A stretch of 63,997 nt of DNA, filler included, from Candidatus Woesearchaeota archaeon (GCA_003650545.1; 21 parts of 21 records of this genome joined end to end with filler, not necessarily neighbours in it), one strand, 5' to 3'. Counted from the first letter of the whole stretch, positions 10,487 through 19,825 are shown. Numbers and translations: made by a program. The notes: generated from the sequence alone by a model not told the origin.

Positions 10487-10812
10487 TTGCCAACAATCCT
10501 AACTGGTAACCCCTTTTGCATCGCCCTTTTAAGCTGCTCTTTGAGATCACTTCCTTCTTTTCCTCCTTCTTTTATCTCCGCACCCAACAACCTCGCCCAA
10601 AATTCTTTCTCTCGCCTGATCCGCTTAACCGCGGAACGTAACAAGTGCTCCAACTCCTTGCGGGTGCGGCCTAGCACCTGTTCCGGCGTCCACCCGTACT
10701 CGTGACAAAAGAAGTCGATCAGATCGACTCCAGAGAACTCGTCGTCACTTACCTGCCTAGCGCGTTGGTCATCCCGTCGCTGATCTTTCTGAAAGTTTTC
10801 AAGGACAAAGGG
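10483..10812 (-). CDS. Tail assembly chaperone extension ('T' part), probably reached by a -1 frameshift
   Basis: The -1 frame is open from the slippery heptamer to 10483 and encodes DLIDFFCHEYGWTPEQVLGRT; no strong RBS/ATG of its own. Confidence 0.7.
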   Translation of the reverse strand, partial: PFVLENFQKDQRRDDQRARQVSDDEFSGVDLIDFFCHEYGWTPEQVLGRTRKELEHLLRSAVKRIRREKEFWARLLGAEIKEGGKEGSDLKEQLKRAMQKGLPVRIVGK

Positions 10813-11126
10813 AGAATCACGTTTATCATGTCCTCGGCGCTCAGATTCTCTTCAACCCACTTCTCGTCCTTCCCGAGAAAGAGAGCAGCGATCTTTGACA
10901 TCACGTCGCCAAACTCGGTTAGCAACCTCATAGCCGCTTTCGGGCTAATCGGTTGATCCGGACTCGCGTCCTCAGGCAGAGCTTTTTCCATTACTTCGGA
11001 AAGGAGCTTGTAAATCTTGAGCTCCTTTCCCCAAGCGAGTTTCGGAATCGTGATACGTTCTCCATTGGAAAGTTCAATCTCTCTTCCTTCCTCTACGAAA
11101 GCGTCAATGGGTTTCTCTTTAGGCAT
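10749..11126 (-). CDS. Phage tail assembly chaperone ('G' part)
   Basis: 125 aa, GGAGGTG RBS, lies between tail tube and tape measure. Confidence 0.72.
   Translation of the reverse strand: MPKEKPIDAFVEEGREIELSNGERITIPKLAWGKELKIYKLLSEVMEKALPEDASPDQPISPKAAMRLLTEFGDVMSKIAALFLGKDEKWVEENLSAEDMINVILPLSLKTFRKISDGMTNALGR
10806..10812 (-). promoter_or_regulatory. -1 ribosomal slippery site C CCU UUG
   Basis: In-frame X XXY YYZ heptamer (CTC CCT TTG) near the end of the chaperone ORF. Confidence 0.65.
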
Positions 11127-11182
11127 GTTTTCACCTCCTCGAAGGAAGTTGTGCTCCTAAAAGGAGTCATCAGGAGCTTCTT

Positions 11183-11507
11183 TTAGAAGCTCCCGAGCAA
11201 GTCAATTCGGCACAACCGTTCCGTTGAGCTGAGCGGGTTGCCAGCCCAGTCGGTGGTGGCGGTAAGAGCGCTGAACTCGTACGGGAACTCGTGAGGCTCG
11301 TCGCCGAAGGTGATGGTGATCTCACCAGAACCCTGCGCCCTCCACAAGTACACAATCACGGTCCCGCCAGAGGGCATCTGGTGCACGAACTTAACCGCAA
11401 CTTCAGTGATGTTCATATCACCACCGAAACCGAGCTTCTGGCCCCCGGTGATGCTCTCCACCACACCAGCACCAAGAGCGTACTTCAGGTTATCGAGGTT
11501 CCACTCG
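11183..11507 (-). CDS. Major tail tube protein, last exon
   Basis: After splicing it reads (L)EWNLDNLKYALGAG...VYLWRAQGSGEITITFGDEPHEFPYEFSAL...*, in frame with the exon at 12552-12691. Confidence 0.75.
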
Positions 11508-12480
11508 CAATGGACTGTCGCATCAACTCGGTTGAACCCGAGTTGCCGCCGCGCTCAGTCTCTTCAGGTGAGCCGGAAATCTCCAAGTAACGTTGGTAAA
11601 TTTTGCTCTTTATGTCCTGGCGCCTTCTCCCGATCGGCATTGCTAAGAACACCGTGGCGAGCTCCTTCTTTTTGTCCGACAACAGGTCCAAGCACCTCTC
11701 CAAGACCCTTTTCAGCTTCCTCCCTTTCACCTTCTCACCCAGCGCACTCCGGAATTGCTGTGGAACGTACAACACCATTTCATAGGCCGGATTCTGCGCC
11801 GGACTCTCGTGTTTGTACATCACCAACTTGCCCTGCTCCACAGCTTGCGCCAGGACTTCAGGTGCAACGGAGATTCGCGGCCCTTCCTGTGTGTTGGCAT
11901 CCAATGGACGCAGTTGCCATTTGTACCTGAAGCACTTAAACACCGGCTCTCCAATGTACTGCAAGAAATCGTTAACCCACTCAGGTAAAACCTTCACCAT
12001 TGCCTTCCCCTCATAAATCCACACCACCGATTCAATCCCTATCCCTTTCAGTTGGTCCACAATCCTTTGGTTTTCGTCCTCACCAAAGCACATCGTGTAC
12101 AACCAAATCGCTTCAGGGTATCCATGTGCTCCAACCCTCAGGTGGCCATCCCCACAATATAGCACGTTCAGGACCAACGGGGTGATCTCAAAATCATCCG
12201 GTAACCTTTTCTTTCCCCTCTCATCATACCACCTTTCTCGAAACTCCCCAAAGAACTTCTTGTTGTACACTTCCACACGGTACATCGTCCTTTTCACCCC
12301 AAAGCCTTCTCCTCTGGTCCTCCCGAAGTAGGTCTTGAACCCTTCCGAGCGATACAGCTCGTGCACCTGTTTCGCGTACTCTTTGTGCGTGGTGTTCAAG
12401 GTCAGAAAGCACTTTTTGGTCACATGACCATCGCTGGCAACCAACCCCTCTGTGATTTCCCAAATTCTGTTGTTGCCCAT
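11485..12480 (-). CDS. Intron-encoded double-motif LAGLIDADG homing endonuclease with a C-terminal extension
   Basis: ITEGLVASDGHV and LNVLYCGDGHL motifs; TMCFGEDE and FLQYIGEP..CFRYKW resemble the LAGLIDADG_2 family. Confidence 0.85.
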   Translation of the reverse strand: MGNNRIWEITEGLVASDGHVTKKCFLTLNTTHKEYAKQVHELYRSEGFKTYFGRTRGEGFGVKRTMYRVEVYNKKFFGEFRERWYDERGKKRLPDDFEITPLVLNVLYCGDGHLRVGAHGYPEAIWLYTMCFGEDENQRIVDQLKGIGIESVVWIYEGKAMVKVLPEWVNDFLQYIGEPVFKCFRYKWQLRPLDANTQEGPRISVAPEVLAQAVEQGKLVMYKHESPAQNPAYEMVLYVPQQFRSALGEKVKGRKLKRVLERCLDLLSDKKKELATVFLAMPIGRRRQDIKSKIYQRYLEISGSPEETERGGNSGSTELMRQSIASGTSIT

Positions 12481-12551
12481 TGGATGCGTCCACTTTGATC
12501 AGCGGCGGTTTTTAACTGTACCTCACGGTACAGTGGGCCCGAGTGGACTCA
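11508..12551 (-). ncRNA. Group I intron 2 (1044 nt) in the tail tube gene
   Basis: P1 GGGCU|UGAG-UCCA-CUCGGGCCC with U.G at the 5' site; P10 CCACUCG pairs with 3' exon CGAGUGG; P2 CUGUACC-GUGA-GGUACAG; P3 CCGCCGC/GCGCGGCGG; P5 GCAUCCAAUGG/CCAUUGGAUGC; P7 GAGACUG/CAGUCC; P8 CAACUCGG/CCGAGUUG; terminal G at 11508. Confidence 0.88.
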
Positions 12552-12691
12552 AGCCCCCTAACGGTGAGTCGCACGGACTCAGTCGTAACCCACTGCTTGA
12601 TGAGCTGGCGTGGAGAGCCCTGGTAAACTTCCAAACGCTCGCGTGAAAAAGCGAGCTCAGCACCGGACCGGACTGCTCCGACGTCTACGGT
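12552..12691 (-). CDS. Major tail tube protein, internal exon (140 nt)
   Basis: TVDVGAVRSGAELAFSRERLEVYQGSPRQLIKQWVTTESVRLTVRG; bounded by the terminal G of intron 1 and the U.G site of intron 2. Confidence 0.78.
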
Positions 12692-13266
12692 CACTAACCC
12701 GACTCTTTCGAGCCGGAGTGGACTATACCACCATCCGGAGGTCATATCACTTGGTAAATCCCCCGGATGCTCCGCGTATTGCGACCGAGCACCTCCTTTA
12801 CCAGAGAGGTGAGTCGATCGCCGCCCGAGGAACTCTGGAAGTACTCCCTCGCAAAAAGAACGCTCATGTGCATGTGCAACCTCATGTGCTCGGCGTTCTT
12901 CAATACCAATAAATTGTGCCTGCGGCAATCAAACGGATCTCCGTTGATATGGTGCACCACCTCACCCCTTTTTAAAGGTCTTCCCAGTGCCTTCTCCGCA
13001 ACCATAACGTGCACGAACCTACAATCGGAATTTCTTCCGTTCTTTGAAGCCGTCGGAACGTAGTGAATGTAACCGCCTTTGGTTCTTTGTTTAGCTACGC
13101 TCAGGCCTTTTGACACCACATCGAGGTCTTCCTTATCGATCTTGAGTTCGAACCGTCCATACTTTGACTTGATCGGGAGTACCACCCAGTCTTCCTCGGG
13201 GAAGTCTCTGCAGGGCTTCGACCCTCTCGGGTCTAACCCCTCAGGGTTACCATGCCCCGTATCGGC
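12692..13266 (-). ncRNA. Group I intron 1 (5' part beyond the contig edge)
   Basis: Q-like GGUAACCCUGAG, R-like CUGCAGAGACU, S-like GGUAUAGUCC, P9 CCGGCUC-GAAA-GAGUCGG, P9.0 ACU/AGU directly before the terminal G at 12692. Confidence 0.85.
12742..13185 (-). CDS. Intron-encoded HNH homing endonuclease
   Basis: VHVMVAEKALGRPL..GEVVHHINGD..DCRRHNL...EHMRLH; lies between the two P7 strands. Confidence 0.88.
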   Translation of the reverse strand: MVLPIKSKYGRFELKIDKEDLDVVSKGLSVAKQRTKGGYIHYVPTASKNGRNSDCRFVHVMVAEKALGRPLKRGEVVHHINGDPFDCRRHNLLVLKNAEHMRLHMHMSVLFAREYFQSSSGGDRLTSLVKEVLGRNTRSIRGIYQVI

Positions 13267-13366
13267 NNNNNNNNNNNNNNNNNNNNNNNNNNNNNNNNNN
13301 NNNNNNNNNNTTAATTAATTAANNNNNNNNNNNNNNNNNNNNNNNNNNNNNNNNNNNNNNNNNNNN

Positions 13367-14530
13367 GATTAGGGCAGATGATCTGTATTTGGTTATCTTT
13401 TCACTGACTAGGTTCGCAATAATCATGCTGATCAACAGGCCAACATAGATGTAACTCACAGTATAATGGGAAAGAATGAGCATGATACCAAAAATTATGA
13501 AGAATGTTTTTTTTGAGGCTTTGGTCAGTGCATTGTCAAAGAATACAAGTAGTGATAGGACAAAAAACAGCAAGGCAATCTCATTTCTTGCTATTGTCAC
13601 AAATAGTGAGAATATCTCTATGCTTGAAAAGAATAATGCAGATAAAAATGCATAAAGCGATGAAGTGTATCTGCGCATCATCAAAAAGATTATTAGAGGG
13701 CATAATGCAAAAAGAACCTGAAAGAGTATGGTGAATATTTGTTCACCTGCTATGCCTGTGATCGAATTATAGACTACAGGCAATAATGTTATGCTCAGGC
13801 ATGGATTATATGAATAAACATTAGGCTCCCAGTGCAGATTATCTTTTGTCAATTGGTAGACAAAATACTCTCCGTGGACATCACAGCCAAATATATGCCC
13901 TGACCTTAATGATACCATAAACAATAGGGAAAGAGCTATCATGAAAATTGCCAATGCAAACACGTTTTTTGATATGTTCCATCTTCTGTAAAAGACTGCA
14001 AGGGCGAGAGCATATATTGACATCACTGTAATCAATAACATCGGGATTATGCTTTGTCCAGCAGAATCAAGGTGTCTTGCTCCAAGTATAGCCAGGATAG
14101 GAAATAAAAAAGGAATTGCAAAAAGAACCTTGCTTTTTGATGGGAATCCATGCTTTTGCAGAAAGATTATGTTATCTTTGTTTTTGTCATACGTAATTTT
14201 CCATATCCCTAATATCAACAGGTCGAGACAGGCCACTAAATAAACAGGTGCCAGAGGGTTTGGTATGCCCAGAGAGTGCAGCAATTGGTTGATGAGAATT
14301 CCTCCAAGCATCAAAAATGATATGCTCAGTCCTGTAGAATAGACCAAAAATTTCCAAAAATCAGGATTCTCTTGCTTAAACCAAAACAATATCAGCAGCC
14401 CAGGAATTATTGAGAAAACTATAAATCCAAACACCTGCTGTAGAACAGGAATATTGAACAGAATAAACAGATTTGTTAGCGCTAATAAAATCAGAGTCCA
14501 GTTCAGTATTTTTTTGGTTTGTATTTCCAT
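13367..14530 (-). CDS. DUF2206-like polytopic membrane protein (GT-C-like), 3' truncated
   Basis: About 12 TM segments; GCDVHGEY, CLSITLLP, ARNEIA, SHYT motifs. Confidence 0.75.
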
Positions 14531-14531
14531 C

Positions 14532-15710
14532 TTATCTGTTGTCTAAAACAGCGATCTGCTTATCTACAGCTTTTATCACGTCTTTGACAGCAACAGGAGG
14601 TGTTTGTTTTAGTTCTGCATTGATGTCCATGTAGCCGTTCCAGTGAGGATTGTCAGGAGAAGCATTGGTAAGTGCAGTATGCCCTTTCCCATACGGACCC
14701 CATCTTTTTGGATTTACATATCCCATTAACGCTATTACAGGAGTTTTAACTGCAGCAGAGATATGCATTGGCGCAGAATCGTTGCAGATAAAAAGGTTAC
14801 ATTTTGTTATTAGTGCGGCCATTTGGTTTAGGGTATTTTTTCCAGCAATATTGGCAGCATTCTTTTTTGAAAGTTTGATTATTCTGCTGTTTAATGAGCA
14901 TTCATCAGATGATCCGATTAAAATGAAATTGACACTATGTTTGATTGAGATACGTTCGATTAGCTTTGCGAAGTTTTCTTTTGGCCATCTTTTTATCATC
15001 CAATCTGGATTTCCACCAGCATGCACAGCAATCAGCTTACGCTTTTTTGAAAAACCGTTCTTTTTGAGAATCTGGTCTGCATATTGCCTGTCTTTTTTTG
15101 AAATGTTAAACTCCAGTTTTTTATTTTTCGTCTTAATACCTATCAAAGAAATCAAATCTATGTACAAGTCCAGCTCATGCCTATTGTCCTGAAAATAAGG
15201 TGTTGTGTGTGTGAATAAATCCTTACGATGATTGTAGCCTATGTCAGCTCCTATTCTGGTGTCTGCTCCTGAAATGAACGCTAAGAATGCGCTGAATGTG
15301 GAGTATGACTCAAAGTCAATTGCAATGTCAAATTTATGCTTCTTAACTTCGAGTATCAGTTTTATCATGTTTACTGAAGTGTTTACTGCACTTTTAACCA
15401 GGTTCTTGTTTTCAACTAGATCTATTGTGATTATTTTATTAAAATAATGATATTGTTTATACAGTCCTTTTGTCCTGTTGGATGTGACCATCACCATTCT
15501 TGCTTTTGGAAAGTGCTTTCTTGTGGCCCTGATTGCAGGGATTGTAAGAACTGCATCGCCTATGTTACCAAATTTTATGATTAGTATGTTTTTGACATCT
15601 TTTTTACCCAAATGTTTTCGAGGTGATTTTTTGGTTATTCTGCTCAGCAACAATACAAAAGATGACCCTATTGTCTTATCTATCTTTTTTATAACCGGGA
15701 ATGCCCTCAT
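14532..15710 (-). CDS. GT9 family glycosyltransferase (heptosyltransferase-like)
   Basis: ILIIKFGNIGDAVL, KRWP, ICNDSAPMHISAAVKTPVIAL, RWGPY. Confidence 0.9.
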   Translation of the reverse strand: MRAFPVIKKIDKTIGSSFVLLLSRITKKSPRKHLGKKDVKNILIIKFGNIGDAVLTIPAIRATRKHFPKARMVMVTSNRTKGLYKQYHYFNKIITIDLVENKNLVKSAVNTSVNMIKLILEVKKHKFDIAIDFESYSTFSAFLAFISGADTRIGADIGYNHRKDLFTHTTPYFQDNRHELDLYIDLISLIGIKTKNKKLEFNISKKDRQYADQILKKNGFSKKRKLIAVHAGGNPDWMIKRWPKENFAKLIERISIKHSVNFILIGSSDECSLNSRIIKLSKKNAANIAGKNTLNQMAALITKCNLFICNDSAPMHISAAVKTPVIALMGYVNPKRWGPYGKGHTALTNASPDNPHWNGYMDINAELKQTPPVAVKDVIKAVDKQIAVLDNR

Positions 15711-16555
15711 TTTCTTTGCGCTCTTTCTTCAATCCTTGTTAATTTTTTTGTTATATTGTCGATGATCAAGCCTAATGAGAAAAACTGAGTTCCTAAGATC
15801 AGCGATAAGGTTGTTAATAGAGGATAATAAGGCCTACTGATAAGGCCTGTTGTGATATATTCTTTTAAGATAATTCCTCCGATAATAATCCCTATCAAAA
15901 ACAGAATAAAGCTAGGTATCATTATTGTTCTTGCTAGCAAGGTAGTCTCTGAATAACCAATATGGATCAGTGAAAATAGTATCTTGAACGGATCTTTTAT
16001 AGCATGAATCTTGCTTTTACCAACTCGTTTATTGTATCCTATTGGAATCTCTTTAATCTTATAACCCAGTTTTGCTGCCCTTGCTGTCGCTTTTGGCTCA
16101 TATTCTAATGATCTAGCCTTCACATTTATCTCTGGGAATATCTCTTTTCTAAATGCTCTTAGTCCACTTTGGCTGTCTGTAATCTCACTTGCAGATATAT
16201 AGCTGACAAGAGATGAAAAGAGCTTGTTTCCGAGTTTGTGTGAGAAACTCATACATTGAGGAGGTGCTGGCATGAACCTTGAACCAACTACAATATCTGC
16301 GCCTTTTTTGATCTCAGAAACAAGCTCTGGAAAATGGCAGGAGGGATATGTGCAGTCTGCATCAGTAAAAATAACAATGTCGCCTGTAGAGTGCTTTACT
16401 CCTGTATTCAGGGCAAAGGCCTTTCCGCGGTTTGTCTTGTGCCTGACCAGGATGATCGAGGGGCTTTTTGAATTCTTTTTGATGCTTTTGTATGTATTTA
16501 TGTAATTCCTGGCAATATCAAATGTCCTGTCTTTGCTTCCATCATCAACAATGAC
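15707..16555 (-). CDS. GT2 family (DPM synthase-like) glycosyltransferase with C-terminal TM hairpin, 5' truncated
   Basis: Frame is open upstream of the listed ORF: VDDGSKD, NRGK, TDADCTY, VVGSRF, TDSQSGLRAF. Confidence 0.9.
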   Translation of the reverse strand, partial: VIVDDGSKDRTFDIARNYINTYKSIKKNSKSPSIILVRHKTNRGKAFALNTGVKHSTGDIVIFTDADCTYPSCHFPELVSEIKKGADIVVGSRFMPAPPQCMSFSHKLGNKLFSSLVSYISASEITDSQSGLRAFRKEIFPEINVKARSLEYEPKATARAAKLGYKIKEIPIGYNKRVGKSKIHAIKDPFKILFSLIHIGYSETTLLARTIMIPSFILFLIGIIIGGIILKEYITTGLISRPYYPLLTTLSLILGTQFFSLGLIIDNITKKLTRIEERAQRK

Positions 16556-16656
16556 ANNNNNNNNNNNNNNNNNNNNNNNNNNNNNNNNNNNNNNNNNNNN
16601 TTAATTAATTAANNNNNNNNNNNNNNNNNNNNNNNNNNNNNNNNNNNNNNNNNNNN

Positions 16657-18000
16657 CCGCTGAAGTCGCTTGACCCAGTCGTCAAGGTGAGTAGCTTCCA
16701 GGAAGTCGCGCTAGCTAGCAAGCACTACGTGTTAGCTAACGCTATCTCCAGCAAGCCTGCGGAGGCTGTGGTACTTGAGGATCTAGTACTGGCTGCTTTC
16801 AGCAGTGGGCGCAGGAATTTCCTGCTCGTTGACCTAGGTACATCAACGATTGCGTATCAGGTAGTAGATTCTAGAGGAAGCCTGATTAGTGATGGCGCTC
16901 TGGTCAATCCGTGGCACAAGTATGGAGCCGACGTAATCACGGTAGCTACGAAGGCTGTGCGGGAGCCCCACCTCTACGAAAGGATGAGGGAGGAGTTAAA
17001 TAATGCCGTAGCATCACTAATGAATGAACAGGAGGCAGGTGTCGCGGTTATAGCGGGCAATAGCGTCATGGAGTCCGTGTTCATGGGCCTGCAGTTAAGT
17101 CAGCTCGTTGCTAAGCCGTTCCAGCCTCTAGCTAGGGGACCGTTCATATACTTGATACCTGGCGCGAACTACCCCTCAGTACTCCTACCGCTTCTCGCTG
17201 GCTTTGTTGGCGGGGATTCGTTCGCTAACTTACTCGCTGCTGAGTACCTAGGGCTCCCGAAGCCTTACCTCATCATTGATCTAGGAACTAATACTGAGGT
17301 GCTCCTAGCTACTGAGGACGGGTACTACGTAGGTAGCACTCCCGCAGGACCTGCTTTTGAAGGGCACGTAGCTAGCGGTACAAGCTTTGCTGTAGGCGGG
17401 ATTGAGGAAGTGAGGGTGAGCGGATTTAAAGAAGATGGAGCGCCCATATTTACCTACGTGGGCGAGCCCGTAGGTCTTCTGGGGTCCGGAATCATTAGTT
17501 TAGTTGCCGAGCTCGTTCGCTACGGCTTAGTAAGTAGGAGTGGGAGAATGATAAGGGGGTACAAGGTCGTAGGGGGGCTTAAGGCATTCGTTATAGCTAG
17601 CGAAGCTGAGCGAGGAAGCGTAGTTTTCACTAGCCGCGATCTGAGGGAGTTCCAGAAAGCTATGGCAGCAGTGAGGGCGGGGTGGCGGCTGATACTTGAT
17701 GCTGGTGGTGTCGACCTCACTGATTTGAGGTACGTTGTGGTTTGTGGAACCTTCGGCTCGAAGATAGCTCCTGAAGATGCTGCGCTACTCGAGATCATAC
17801 CTCCAGTAGATCTGAGTAGAATTATTGTAGCAGGGAATCTTGTTTTAAGTGGTCTCAGGGTGTACGTATTTGACAAGTACTCGCATGAGCTAGCTGAGGG
17901 GATACTAAGTAACTTAACTCACGTCAGCTTAGTAGGAACGGAGAAATTCACGAATCTTTGGATCAAGTCGCTAGAATTTAGCAGGGCTCCTGAACCTTAG
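16657..18000 (+). CDS. ASKHA ATPase of the RACo/RamA type (DUF4445; corrinoid reductive activator), 5' truncated
   Basis: VDLGTSTI, YGADVI, AGNSVM, GFVGGD, IDLGTNTE, STPAGPAFEG, GSGII. Confidence 0.85.
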   Translation, partial: PLKSLDPVVKVSSFQEVALASKHYVLANAISSKPAEAVVLEDLVLAAFSSGRRNFLLVDLGTSTIAYQVVDSRGSLISDGALVNPWHKYGADVITVATKAVREPHLYERMREELNNAVASLMNEQEAGVAVIAGNSVMESVFMGLQLSQLVAKPFQPLARGPFIYLIPGANYPSVLLPLLAGFVGGDSFANLLAAEYLGLPKPYLIIDLGTNTEVLLATEDGYYVGSTPAGPAFEGHVASGTSFAVGGIEEVRVSGFKEDGAPIFTYVGEPVGLLGSGIISLVAELVRYGLVSRSGRMIRGYKVVGGLKAFVIASEAERGSVVFTSRDLREFQKAMAAVRAGWRLILDAGGVDLTDLRYVVVCGTFGSKIAPEDAALLEIIPPVDLSRIIVAGNLVLSGLRVYVFDKYSHELAEGILSNLTHVSLVGTEKFTNLWIKSLEFSRAPEP

Positions 18001-18443
18001 TAGCTTGCGCTGGGATGAGCGCGCTAGTGTGTTAAGGTCAGCATATTAAGTCATGAAAATAATCTTCACCTGCTAGAATTGCTGGCTTAGCCGTGCCCCC
18101 GTAAACTACTCCTAGTACTGTCTTAGTGAACGCAAACATCCTGTAGTAGGTACCTAATACCTTCTTAAAGGCTTGCACTGCAATTACGGCGCACTTATGG
18201 TAGCTGTACGTAAAGTCGCGACGTAGAGAACGCTGTTGTCTTCGATGGGGTTTTCAGCAGGTAAAGTAAAGTATAGCGAACATTGCGCTCGGGTGCGAGA
18301 GTAATTTAACAGTAAGTTAGCTAGCTGTAACCTTCCTCTAGCGGTAATAAGCTAGAAGTGATCTACTCTAAGTACACAAAGCGCGAAACGGTTAAATATG
18401 GTGCACTCTTAATTATGTACGGTGCACACACCTGCGGGTGGTG

Positions 18444-18542
18444 ATGGTGGCGGGTAAGACCAGGTTAGCTCTAGTATTGGCTATTGCTCTAGTTGTTTTA
18501 GTTGTGATCATATCGTACTCAGCCGTAGCAAGGTTTATATGA
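18444..18542 (+). pseudogene. 5' stub of a secreted-protein gene, apparently cut by the IS insertion
   Basis: GGTGGTG RBS and MVAGKTRLALVLAIALVVLVVIISYSAVA signal peptide, then an abrupt stop in AT-rich sequence. Confidence 0.5.
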
Positions 18543-18565
18543 TTGTATATGTTTTTATATGTTCT

Positions 18566-18718
18566 TTATGGTTGTTCTTCTTCGATTACTGCTATAATCT
18601 TGACTTTCTTTCCCCTGTACTTTGATAGTTTTAGCTGGTATTCTTTTGGCGGGTATATGATTACTCTTCCTTTCCCATAGCTTAGTAGTGAGGCCTTGAA
18701 TACATATACTCTACTCAT
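18566..18718 (-). CDS. 50-aa basic protein (AbrB/swapped-hairpin-like) divergent from tnpB; not in the ORF track
   Basis: MSRVYVFKASLLSYGKGRVIIYPPKEYQLKLSKYRGKKVKIIAVIEEEQP*. Confidence 0.55.
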   Translation of the reverse strand: MSRVYVFKASLLSYGKGRVIIYPPKEYQLKLSKYRGKKVKIIAVIEEEQP

Positions 18719-18797
18719 TATACCATCTACTACATTATATAGCTAGAAAAACTTATAAGTATAGCTATCATAGAGTACATATGGGTAAAAAGCTCCG

Positions 18798-19825
18798 ATG
18801 AAGGGGAAGACCACCACAGTTAAGGCGGTTCCCCGAGGAGAGGGTATGCTAACACTCAAAGCTCAAGGAGTTCTCGTAGAAGACTCTCTAGAAGAATTGC
18901 GTGAAGAACTGTACCTTACACGAAGAGCTACACAGCATGTCATTGATTGTCTATGGGAGCTAGATAAGCTACCAAGTATTAACCAAGCACATCAGATGTT
19001 CTACAAAATACTTAGAGAGCAGGGATTCCGTGCACATCAAGCTAAGCAGATATACAAGTACGCTTTAGGAATAATTAGGTCAGCCAAGGAGAACGGCGGA
19101 AAGAAACCCGCACTTAGGAAGTTGTCTGCTAGACTGGACAAATACGATGCTAGGGTAGACCTTGAGAATCAGGTGGTCTCGGTAAAGTTTAGGAATAAGG
19201 TGTTCAGTATAAAGCTGCTGCATCGTAGGAGCTACATAGAGAAATTCAAAGGGAGGAAATGGTATGAGGTAATCATAAGCATTGACAGGCAGGATAGGAT
19301 ATGGATATGCATACCGTTCAGATGGGAATACAAACCATATAAGCCTAGAAGACTGATTTCCCTAGACGTAAACCTCAAGAAGATAGTAGCCTATAATGGA
19401 AGAAGAGTTAGGAGGATAGATACTAGGTTCACAGAAGCACTATACCTCAAGCACCGTGCTGAGGAGGTTCAGAAGAGACATAGTTATGCTTGGAGGAGAA
19501 ACAAGAAATGGCTGGAAATCATAAGGGCTCTTCATAGGAAGAGCAGGAACATAGTAATTGATTGGTCTCGTAAGTTCGCTAAGTACATAGCCCTAAAAGC
19601 TAAAAAGACAAAAAGTGCTATAGTCCTCGAAGACCTTGACAAGCTATGGTTTAATGCCTCTAGGAAGTCCTCCAGTCTAGCTGACAAGCTTTCACGTTTC
19701 GCTTACAGGAAATTATAGCAGGCAATCCTAACCAAGGTGATAGAGTATAACGTGCCAGTAATATTCATAGACCCAAGAAACACTTCATCCACATGTCCTA
19801 GATGTGGATACAAGTTATCCTATAA
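18798..19825 (+). pseudogene. tnpB: IS200/IS605-family TnpB with an in-frame TAG at 19716-19718 (3' truncated)
   Basis: RuvC-I ISLDVN, RuvC-II IVLEDL; after the TAG the same frame continues QAIL...IDPRNTSSTCPRCG (zinc finger). Confidence 0.88.

Noticed and set aside
11485..12480. Intein interpretation of the LAGLIDADG ORF
   Set aside because: No Cys/Ser start or His-Asn end, not in frame with the host gene, and flanked by group I RNA elements.
12512..12928. 138-aa ORF in the track
   Set aside because: A composite of intron 1 sequence, the true 140-nt exon and the start of intron 2; not a real gene as called.
19716..19718. Pyrrolysine or stop-codon reassignment at the tnpB TAG
   Set aside because: A single case in a mobile gene; the neighbouring ATPase gene ends at TAG; no pyl genes are seen. 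A nonsense mutation is simpler.
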